From Schaalia meyeri (GTDB taxonomy: Bacteria > Actinomycetota > Actinomycetes > Actinomycetales > Actinomycetaceae), in assembly GCF_900105015.1 (NCBI RefSeq), contig NZ_FNLK01000008.1, forward strand, positions 30,001 to 62,000: DNA of 32,000 bases, given 5' to 3'. The translations under genes were made by a program, and so were the position numbers. The notes below the pieces were generated by a model. That model ran no database searches. It was not told the origin of the DNA and was given only the letters and a program-made list of their open reading frames with translations. Position 1 is the stretch's first letter. Every line of letters starts with the position of its first letter. This document shows positions 17,749 to 25,371 of the stretch, piece by piece.

Positions 17749-19110
17749 TCAGTTGTCCTTGTCGTCGGCGGGGTTTTGGTCGGGGGTCAGGGCGGGATAG
17801 TCGGGGTCGAGGCGGCAGACGATGGTGGAGACCTGGCGGCGGCGCCCGCGCGCCTCTTCGGCGGTCATGGTGACGCCCGCGAGCGTGCCCGTAGCACCGG
17901 GCAGGGGAACCTTGCCGATGGCCTTGGCCAGCAGTCCACCGACGGAGTCCACGTCCGTGTCCTCGATGTCCCGGCCCAGCAGCTCGCCCAGTTCAGAGAT
18001 CGGATAGCGCGCGGGAACACGCCACGTGCCGGGCTCCGTTTCTTCGGGTTCCACGCTGTGGCGGTCGTGTTCGTCGGTGAGCTCTCCGACGACCTCCTCA
18101 ATGATATCTTCGAGGGTGACCAGTCCGGCGACGCCCCCGTACTCGTCGATGACGATGGCCATGTGAAAGCGCTGGGCCTGCATCTGGCGGAGCATGTCGT
18201 CGGCCGGCTTCATTTCGACGGCGTATTCGGCGGGGCGCATCATCTGTTCGGCGCGCATGTCCAGCTGGCCGCCGTGCGCTTCCCAGCGGGAAACGACGTC
18301 CTTGAAATAGAGGATGCCGCGGATGTCGTCCACGTCGTCTCCGACGACGGGCACGCGCGAGAAGCCCGAGCGCACGAAGAGGCGCAGCGCGGAGGGCGCG
18401 GGCGTGTCCGCGTCAATCGTCACCATGTCGGTGCGCGGCACCATGACCTCGCGCACCAGGGTGTGTCCCAGGTCCAGGACGGATCGCACCATGTCCCGGT
18501 CCTCTTCCTCGAAACTCTCGGGTTCGCCGACCTCGTCGACGATCTCGCGCAGGTCTAAGATCACCTCGGCGCGCACCTGCGCCTCCGTGGGGGCCGGGGC
18601 TGGCCGTAAGGAGCGCAGGCGCCGCAGCGCGGGGTCGGCCAGGTGGCTGAGGCGCGACAGATAGGAGGCGAAGCCCGTTCCCGCCAGCGCGATGCCTTCG
18701 GGGTTGGCTGCCCCCCACCGGGCGGGGATGTATGAGACGAACAGGAGCTGGAGTGCGGAGATGCCCAGGACCGCGATCAGGGCGACCGCCCACCAGGGCA
18801 GTCCCGTGCTCACCAGGACGATCGTGACCATGACGGCGTAAACGACCTGCCAGAAGGTGCGGAAGGCCCGCAGGGACAGCAGCGTGCGCCGACGACGGTC
18901 GACCAGCGCGTACAGGAGCTGCGCGTTCTTACGTTTTGCCTCGATGAGGTCCTCTACCCCGGCCAGGGTCAGGCGCTGGACGGATTGTTCGACGCACTGG
19001 GCCAGGGAGGCGGCGGCCAGCGCGATGAGGGCGAGGACCAGCAGCGCCAGGGAGGGCACGCCCGGAAGCGACGAGGCCGGGGCCGCCTCCAGGGGCAAAA
19101 CAGGGGTCAT
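17749..19110 (-). CDS. DUF21/CBS-pair/CorC_HlyC-domain membrane protein (hemolysin-family, CorC/TlyC-like)
   Basis: N-terminal TM helices, a CBS-pair region (VREVMVPRTDMV...) and a C-terminal transporter-associated domain. It overlaps the ybeY stop by 4 nt. Confidence 0.88.
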   Translation of the reverse strand: MTPVLPLEAAPASSLPGVPSLALLVLALIALAAASLAQCVEQSVQRLTLAGVEDLIEAKRKNAQLLYALVDRRRRTLLSLRAFRTFWQVVYAVMVTIVLVSTGLPWWAVALIAVLGISALQLLFVSYIPARWGAANPEGIALAGTGFASYLSRLSHLADPALRRLRSLRPAPAPTEAQVRAEVILDLREIVDEVGEPESFEEEDRDMVRSVLDLGHTLVREVMVPRTDMVTIDADTPAPSALRLFVRSGFSRVPVVGDDVDDIRGILYFKDVVSRWEAHGGQLDMRAEQMMRPAEYAVEMKPADDMLRQMQAQRFHMAIVIDEYGGVAGLVTLEDIIEEVVGELTDEHDRHSVEPEETEPGTWRVPARYPISELGELLGRDIEDTDVDSVGGLLAKAIGKVPLPGATGTLAGVTMTAEEARGRRRQVSTIVCRLDPDYPALTPDQNPADDKDN

Positions 19111-19556
19111 CGGGTGGCCAGGAAGGTGAGCAGCAGCTTGCGTTGGAGCGCAAACATAACCTCGCGCTCGGCGTCCTGCGCGTGATCGTAGCCCAGGAGA
19201 TGGAGCATGCCGTGTGTGGCCAGGAGCAGCATTTCCTCGGCCGCACTGTGGCCGGATTCGGCCGCCTGGCGGGCGGCGACCTGCGGGCAGATGCAGATGT
19301 CGCCGAGCATGCCGGGGGGCGTGGGGTGGTCGGCCGTGCCCGGCTTGAGTTCGTCCATGGGGAAGCTCATCACGTCCGTCGGTCCGGGCAGGTTGAGCCA
19401 GCGCACGTGCAGCTCTTCCATGGGTTTTGGTTCGATGAAGATGATGTTGACCTCGGCGTCCGAGCTGACGTGCATCTGGTCGAGCACGTAGTCGGCCAGC
19501 GCGGAAAACTCGGCGACGTTGATCTCGTAGTCGGTCTCATTAATGACCTCGGTCAT
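19107..19556 (-). CDS. ybeY: rRNA maturation endoribonuclease YbeY
   Basis: Zinc-binding motif HGMLHLLGYDH, length 149 aa, and a 4-nt overlap with the phoH stop. Confidence 0.93.
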   Translation of the reverse strand: MTEVINETDYEINVAEFSALADYVLDQMHVSSDAEVNIIFIEPKPMEELHVRWLNLPGPTDVMSFPMDELKPGTADHPTPPGMLGDICICPQVAARQAAESGHSAAEEMLLLATHGMLHLLGYDHAQDAEREVMFALQRKLLLTFLATR

Positions 19557-20605
19557 GACACGTACTCCCTGCGTGCTGTGTTGTGGCGGCGCGATCGCGC
19601 GCGGCGTGCGGCTGTCCGATCGTCGAAGCGCTGGTAGGCGTCAATGATGGTCCCCACCAGCTCGTGACGCACGACGTCCGCGCTGGTCAAATGGCAAAAA
19701 TCGATGTCGTCGATGCCGCCCAGGATGGATTCGCTGAGAGCCAGTCCGCTGGTCTGGCTGCCTGGCAGATCCACCTGCGAGGCGTCGCCGGTGACGACGA
19801 CCTTCGACCCGAAGCCCAGGCGCGTGAGAAACATCTTCATTTGGCCGAGCGTCGTGTTTTGTGCCTCGTCCAAGATGATGAAAGAGTCGTTGAGGGTGCG
19901 CCCTCGCATGTACGCCAGCGGAGCCACCTCGATGGTGCCCGCGGCCATGAGCTTGGGCAGGGCCTCGGGGTCCAGCATGTCGCCCAGCGCGTCGTAGAGG
20001 GGACGCAGGTAGGGGTCGATTTTATCCGTCAGGGAGCCCGGCAAAAACCCCAGGCTTTCGCCCGCCTCAACGGCCGGACGCGTAAGCACGATGCGTCGCA
20101 CCTCGCCGGACAGCAGGCGACGCACGGCCTGGGCCATGGCCAGGTAGGTTTTGCCCGTGCCCGCGGGCCCGATGCCAAATACGACGGTCGCGCGGTCGAT
20201 TGCGTCCGCGTAGGCCTTTTGTCCGGGCGTCTTGGGGCGGATGGATCGCCCGCGCGCCGACAGGATTTCCTCGGTGGGGGCTTCGCCCGAGGCCAAGCGT
20301 CCGAGCAGGCGGATCGCCTGTTCGACGGCGGCCGCGTCCAGGGCGGTGCCGCGCCGGGCCATGCCGATAAGTTCCTTGAGCAGCCCGGCCGCCACGTCTA
20401 TGTCGACCTGGGTGCCGACCAGAGAGATCTCCCGGCCAGTGACGAGAAAGCGTACGTGGGGAAAGCCCCTCTCGAGGGCACGCAGTACTTGGTCGGCGAC
20501 GCCGAGGACTGTAATGGGATCCGTGTCTGCGGGGATAGTGACGCGCCCCGTGGTGTGTGCGAGGGTGGCCGCCGCAAGCGTCGGCGCTGTGTTCTCCGTA
20601 GTCAT
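19553..20605 (-). CDS. phoH: PhoH-family ATPase
   Basis: Walker A GPAGTGKTYLAMAQAV and the IILDEAQN box. It is the first gene of the phoH-ybeY-CBS-era string. Confidence 0.92.
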   Translation of the reverse strand: MTTENTAPTLAAATLAHTTGRVTIPADTDPITVLGVADQVLRALERGFPHVRFLVTGREISLVGTQVDIDVAAGLLKELIGMARRGTALDAAAVEQAIRLLGRLASGEAPTEEILSARGRSIRPKTPGQKAYADAIDRATVVFGIGPAGTGKTYLAMAQAVRRLLSGEVRRIVLTRPAVEAGESLGFLPGSLTDKIDPYLRPLYDALGDMLDPEALPKLMAAGTIEVAPLAYMRGRTLNDSFIILDEAQNTTLGQMKMFLTRLGFGSKVVVTGDASQVDLPGSQTSGLALSESILGGIDDIDFCHLTSADVVRHELVGTIIDAYQRFDDRTAARRARSRRHNTARREYVS

Positions 20606-20632
20606 ATCGGTCCTCAGTTTACTCTCACCTCC

Positions 20633-20676
20633 CCGGGGTCACTGCGGCGTGGGGATGCCCGCCGCAGTGACCCCGG
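20633..20676. promoter_or_regulatory. Perfect 17-bp inverted repeat in the phoH/hrpB divergent intergenic region
   Basis: CCGGGGTCACTGCGGCG (20633-20649) and CGCCGCAGTGACCCCGG (20660-20676) flank a 10-nt spacer. No gene ends here, so it is not a terminator. Confidence 0.5.
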
Positions 20677-20743
20677 CCGCATTGGCGCCGGGGCGCTCCG
20701 TCCCGGGATGCGGCCGCGCCCTGGGAGCACGCACAATGAAGCC

Positions 20744-23362
20744 ATGCCTGCCCTTGAGGATCTGCTCTCCTGCCCGCCCGACCTGCCAGTCACGCGCGCG
20801 CTGGGCGATATCGCGGCGGCTGTTTGCCCCGGCGGCTGCGCGGTCGTCACGGCTCCCCCGGGCACAGGCAAGACGACGCTGCTGCCTCCCGCCGTCGCGG
20901 TGGCGCTGGCGGGACCTGGTGCGGGGGGCGCGGGGAGTAAATCGGGTGGCTCGCCGATGAGGGTGATCGTTACCCAGCCGCGCCGCGTCGCCGCCCGGGC
21001 CGCAGCCCGCAGGATTGCTCGCCTCCTCGGGGAGGACGTGGGCGGGCAGGTCGGTTACTCGGTGCGCGCTGACTCGCGCGTGAGTGAGCGGACACGGGTG
21101 GAGATGGTGACCCCGGGCGTTGCACTACGCCGCCTCCAGCGCGACCCGGAGTTGCCCGGCGTGGCCGCGCTGATCATTGACGAGTTCCACGAACGCGATC
21201 TGGACACCGACCTGGCGCTGGCGTTCGCGCTGGATGTGCGCGCGGCGCTGCGCGAGGATCTGTTCATCGCGCTCACGTCAGCCACTCTGGAGGCGTCTTC
21301 CGCGGTGCGGCTGCTGCGGGGCGCGACGGGACAAGAGCCCGCGTTGGTTGATATCCCGGGGGAGATTTATCCGCTCGACGTGCGTTACGCTCCCCCGCCT
21401 CGCGGTGTGGACGCAGTGGGCGCGATCAGCCGCGACCGCGTGGGCGTGCGCCGGGAGTACCTGGCGCACGTGGCGCGCACGATCGAGGACACGGTAACGG
21501 GAACGTCGGGCTCCGTCCTGGTGTTCCTGCCGGGGGTCACAGAGATCGAGGCGGTGCGCCGCAGCCTGCGTCTGCCGGGCCTGCCCATCCTTGCCCTGCA
21601 CGGTCAGCTGAGCGCCACCGACCAGGACCGAGCCCTATCCCCCGCGACCGGGCGCCGCGTCATCTTGTCCACGTCCATCGCCGAATCATCGCTGACTGTT
21701 CCCGGCGTGTCCGTCGTGGTCGATGCGGGCCTGGCCAGGGAGCCGCGTTTCGATGCCGGTCGGTGCCTGTCGTCCCTGGTGACCGTGCCGGCGTCGTTGG
21801 CCCGCATGGATCAGAGGGCGGGGCGCGCTGCTCGCACCGGGCCGGGCATGGCCGTACGCGTCATGGACCCCGTGGACGTCGCGCGCAGGCCCGCCCAGTC
21901 CGCGCCGGGTATCGCCACGCAGGACCTTGCTAACGCGCGCCTGCAGGTGGCCTCGTGGGGCACTCCCGTGACGGACCTGGCCCTGTTGGACGCTCCCCCG
22001 ACCGGCACGTGGGAGGCGGCGGGGCAGCGCCTCGCGTCCCTGGGCGCAATTGACCGGGACGGGGCGGTCACCGCCCTCGGCCGCACGTTGGCGGCGCTGC
22101 CCCTGGATCCGCCGCTGGGCAGGGCGCTCCTGGCGGCCAGCGGAGTCCTGGGGGTGCCCCGGGCGGCGCGCTGCGTGGCTCTGCTGTCGGAGGATGTTCG
22201 CGCTCCCGGCGCGGATCTGGGTGGCGTGGAGCGCAGGGGTGGCCGCGAGGGCGGCGATCGGGCGCAGGCCGCGCGGGTGCGCGAGACGGAAGCGCGATTG
22301 AAGCGCCTGGCGTCGCGCCTGCCGAGCGTGAAGGCGTGGGAGGGAAGGGAGGCCGTGCCCGGCGGCGACCCGCGTCCCGGGCGGGGGCGTTCGCGCGAGG
22401 ATGAGCTGGCGCTGACGTGCGCGCTGGCCCACCCGCAGTGGATCGCCCGTAAACGCCCGGGCTCGGCCGCGTACATCCTCGCAGGCGGCGTCGGTGCCGA
22501 ACTGCCGAACGGTTCCCCGCTCGAGGGGCAGGAGTGGCTGGCGGTGTCGTCGATCGACCGCGCACCCGCGTCTCGACACGCGCGCATCCTGGCCGCCGTT
22601 CCCCTGCCGGAGGAGGACGCGCTGGCGGCCGGAGCGGCGATGATCGCCGAGCGCACCCAGGCATCGATAGACAAAGGGAGATTACGTGCCACGCGCACGC
22701 GAACCCTCGGCACAATCCCGCTGTCTACCGCTCCGGCGCGCACCCTGCGCGGCGAGGAAGCCACCGCCCTGGCGGCGGATCACGTGGCATCCCGCGGACT
22801 GGGCGAACTGGGCTGGGGGAAGGAGGCCTCATCCCTGAGGGAGAGGATGCGCGCCCTGCACCGGGCTTTCGGCGCCCCCTGGCCCGACGTGTCGGACGAG
22901 GGGCTCGCCGCAAACGCGCGAACGTGGCTGGCCCCGTGGGGGCAGCGTCTGGCATCGGGCACTCCCCTGGCGTCCGTTCCCATGGTGGAGGTCCTGCGCT
23001 CTCTGCTGCCCTGGCCACACGCGGCACGCCTGGACGAGCTGGCTCCCGACAAGCTGCCGATTCCGTCCGGCGGAACCCGGCCGATCGATTGGAGCGGGGA
23101 GCACCCGGTACTCACCCTGCGTGTCCAGCAGGCCTTCGGTTGGACGCGCACGCCCCGCCTGCTGGACGGGCGTATGCCCCTGGTGCTGCACCTGACCGAT
23201 CCGGCCGGGCGCCCGGCGGCGGTCACCTCGGATTTGACGTCGTTTTGGCAGGGCCCGTACCGGGACGTGCGCGCGCAGCTGCGCGGGCGCTACCCGAAGC
23301 ACCCGTGGCCCGAGGATCCGCTGCGCGCGGAGCCGACGAACAGGGCGAAGAGGCGGAGCTAA
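20744..23362 (+). CDS. hrpB: ATP-dependent RNA helicase HrpB (DEAH-box)
   Basis: Motifs TAPPGTGKTT, IIDEFHERD and TSIAESSLT. Length is 872 aa from ATG 20744. The track ORF start at 19583 is an antisense read-through of phoH. Confidence 0.88.
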   Translation: MPALEDLLSCPPDLPVTRALGDIAAAVCPGGCAVVTAPPGTGKTTLLPPAVAVALAGPGAGGAGSKSGGSPMRVIVTQPRRVAARAAARRIARLLGEDVGGQVGYSVRADSRVSERTRVEMVTPGVALRRLQRDPELPGVAALIIDEFHERDLDTDLALAFALDVRAALREDLFIALTSATLEASSAVRLLRGATGQEPALVDIPGEIYPLDVRYAPPPRGVDAVGAISRDRVGVRREYLAHVARTIEDTVTGTSGSVLVFLPGVTEIEAVRRSLRLPGLPILALHGQLSATDQDRALSPATGRRVILSTSIAESSLTVPGVSVVVDAGLAREPRFDAGRCLSSLVTVPASLARMDQRAGRAARTGPGMAVRVMDPVDVARRPAQSAPGIATQDLANARLQVASWGTPVTDLALLDAPPTGTWEAAGQRLASLGAIDRDGAVTALGRTLAALPLDPPLGRALLAASGVLGVPRAARCVALLSEDVRAPGADLGGVERRGGREGGDRAQAARVRETEARLKRLASRLPSVKAWEGREAVPGGDPRPGRGRSREDELALTCALAHPQWIARKRPGSAAYILAGGVGAELPNGSPLEGQEWLAVSSIDRAPASRHARILAAVPLPEEDALAAGAAMIAERTQASIDKGRLRATRTRTLGTIPLSTAPARTLRGEEATALAADHVASRGLGELGWGKEASSLRERMRALHRAFGAPWPDVSDEGLAANARTWLAPWGQRLASGTPLASVPMVEVLRSLLPWPHAARLDELAPDKLPIPSGGTRPIDWSGEHPVLTLRVQQAFGWTRTPRLLDGRMPLVLHLTDPAGRPAAVTSDLTSFWQGPYRDVRAQLRGRYPKHPWPEDPLRAEPTNRAKRRS

Positions 23363-23395
23363 CGCGCCGGGGATTGCGGCGCAATAAAAGCCGCG

Positions 23396-23650
23396 TCAGT
23401 CCCTCAGCTTGCTGATCACTCGCCGCCCGTCAGGCAGGTTTTTTGATGGCATGTGGTAGGCGTCGATGTCCGAGATCGCGGGACGTTCGAGACCCATTTC
23501 ACGCAGCCGCGCGTAAGTCGACATGCGCACCGGACCCAGCTCGGCGACGGGCTGACCCCCCTGTGTGAGCGTGACGACTTCCCCGGAAGAGGCTCGCGCG
23601 AGCGCGGCACCCACATCCTGTTTGAAATCACCAATATCTAGAGCCCTCAT
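23396..23650 (-). CDS. Phd/YefM (VapB-type) antitoxin-like protein, solitary
   Basis: MRALDIGDFKQDVGAALARASSGEVVTLTQGGQPVAELGPV matches the N-terminal pattern of actinobacterial Phd/YefM-type VapB antitoxins. The tail ...PAISDIDAYHMPSKNLPDGRRVISKLRD resembles their toxin-binding C-terminus. The start is set at Met-12 of the track ORF. There is no room for a toxin gene on either side. Confidence 0.55.
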   Translation of the reverse strand: MRALDIGDFKQDVGAALARASSGEVVTLTQGGQPVAELGPVRMSTYARLREMGLERPAISDIDAYHMPSKNLPDGRRVISKLRD

Positions 23651-23850
23651 ACCCCTATCTAAGCATGCCGGAGGCACTTTCAACGAACCGCGCGGTCACC
23701 ATATGACACACGGCACCGGCACACCGGCCAAACGAGCGTCATACCACAGCTATCGCGTGAGAATCCGCACTGGAAAAGCACTCACCCGGTGGAATAGACG
23801 CCGTCGCTGCGCGTTGAGAGAGGAGAACTTTCCCGATATGAAGGAGCAAC

Positions 23851-25251
23851 ATGTCCACGAACGTAATCGAAGAGGTTGACCTGCTGGTCGTCGGCGGCGG
23901 CAAGGCCGGTAAATCCCTGGCGATGGAGCGCGCGAAGGCGGGCTGGCGCGTCGCGATGGTTGAGCGCCGCTTCGTCGGCGGCACCTGCATCAACGTCGCG
24001 TGCATCCCCACGAAGTCGCTGGTCAATTCCGCCCGTCGCCTTATCGACGCGCGCACCGACGACGTGTTCGGCGTCGTCGGCACGGATCGCGCGCGCGTGG
24101 ACCTGGCGAAGCTGCGCGCCCACAAGGAGGGCATCGTGGGGGCCATGGTGGACGCACACGAGCAGATGTTTACGGCCCCCGGCCTGGATTTCGTGCGCGG
24201 CGAGGCCCGTTTCACGGGCGAGCGCACGGTGACGGTGGCGCTCGGGAACGGGGGCGAGCGAACGATTCGCGGCGAGCGCGTCCTCATCAACCTCGGTTCG
24301 CGCCCCGCGCGCCCCCAGATCCCGGGCCTGTGGGAATCGGGAGCATGGACCAGCGAGGACATTCTGCGCCTTGAGGAGCTGCCCTCTTCCCTGGCGATCA
24401 TTGGGGCCAGCTACATCGGCGTGGAGTTCGCGTCGATGATGGCGACCTTTGGCGTCGACGTGACCCTCATTGCCTCGGACGAGCACGTGCTACCGCGGGA
24501 GGATGCGGACGCCGCGCGCGTCGTCGAGGCGGGCCTGGAGGGCGCAGGCGTGACCATCCTGCGTGGGGTTCGTGCGTCGGCGGCGTCGCGGTCTGGCCTT
24601 GTTACGACGCTGACCTTGTCGGATGGTTCCACGGTGGCCGCCCAGGCCGTCCTGGTTGCGGCCGGCCGGGTGCCGAACACGGATGGGATCGGATTGGACC
24701 AGGCCGGGGTGGCCCTGGACCAGCGCGGCTTCGTTGCGGTGGATGAGCATTTGCGTACGAGCGCTCAGGGCGTGTGGGCGGCCGGCGACTGCGCCGGAAC
24801 ACTCATGTTCACGCACGCGTCCTGGTCGGACTTCCGCATTATCCGCGCCCAGCTGACAGGTGTTTCCCTGGACGATCCGATCACCTCCACGCGCGGCCGC
24901 ACGATCCCCTACGCCGTCTTCGCCACCCCCGAGCTGGCCCGCATCGGCCTTTCCGAGGAGGAGGCCCGTGGCCTGGGTCTGGACGTGCTGATCGCTCAGG
25001 TTCCGACATCGGCCATTCCCCGCGCGAAGACGCTGCGCCACGCGGGAGAGGGCTTCTGGAAGGCGGTCGTGGATGGTCGCACCCACGAGATCCTGGGTGC
25101 GACGTTGATCGGTCCGAACGTCTCCGAGGTCATCACCGCCGTGCAGGTGGCGATGGCCGGGGGCCTCACCTACGAGCAGCTGCGTTTCCTGCCCGTGGCG
25201 CACCCGACCATGGCGGAGGGCCTGCAGGTCCTCTTCGACTCGCTGGGCTGA
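23851..25251 (+). CDS. Class I pyridine-nucleotide-disulfide (FAD) oxidoreductase, mercuric-reductase-like core without metal-binding extensions
   Basis: FAD motif VVGGGKAGKS, redox-active disulfide GGTCINVACIPTK, and a C-terminal dimerisation motif HPTMAEGL. It has no NmerA domain and no C-terminal Cys pair. RBS GAAGGAG lies upstream. Confidence 0.85.
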   Translation: MSTNVIEEVDLLVVGGGKAGKSLAMERAKAGWRVAMVERRFVGGTCINVACIPTKSLVNSARRLIDARTDDVFGVVGTDRARVDLAKLRAHKEGIVGAMVDAHEQMFTAPGLDFVRGEARFTGERTVTVALGNGGERTIRGERVLINLGSRPARPQIPGLWESGAWTSEDILRLEELPSSLAIIGASYIGVEFASMMATFGVDVTLIASDEHVLPREDADAARVVEAGLEGAGVTILRGVRASAASRSGLVTTLTLSDGSTVAAQAVLVAAGRVPNTDGIGLDQAGVALDQRGFVAVDEHLRTSAQGVWAAGDCAGTLMFTHASWSDFRIIRAQLTGVSLDDPITSTRGRTIPYAVFATPELARIGLSEEEARGLGLDVLIAQVPTSAIPRAKTLRHAGEGFWKAVVDGRTHEILGATLIGPNVSEVITAVQVAMAGGLTYEQLRFLPVAHPTMAEGLQVLFDSLG

Positions 25252-25270
25252 CCTCGGCCCCTCCACAGAC

Positions 25271-25306
25271 GCGGGTGGGCCAGAACGATTGTTCTGGCCC
25301 ACCCGC
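25271..25306. terminator. Bidirectional terminator hairpin between the convergent oxidoreductase and S8 protease genes
   Basis: GCGGGTGGGCCAGAAC (25271-25286) pairs perfectly with GTTCTGGCCCACCCGC (25291-25306), giving a 16-bp stem and a 4-nt loop. Confidence 0.7.
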
Positions 25307-25371
25307 GTGTTGTTGCCTCAGCGCGGCGCCCTACTGGGGACGTGGGGGTGCCACGGCCTGGTCAGTGGCGC

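Noticed and set aside
19583-20743. The 5' part of the 1259-aa plus-strand ORF, and other very long ORFs lying antisense to assigned genes: 10977..12005, 11449..13224, 13907..15013, 15170..16648, 17254..18558, 21686..22764 and 25342..27054.
   Set aside because: Their translations are low-complexity strings rich in Arg, Gly, Ala and Pro with no recognisable motifs. They lie opposite genes with strong family signatures. Long stop-free antisense frames are expected at about 67% G+C.
23851-25251. Mercuric reductase MerA, or a mer operon.
   Set aside because: The CxxxxC flavoprotein core is present. There is no N-terminal metal-binding domain, no C-terminal Cys-Cys pair, and no merR, merT or merP neighbours.
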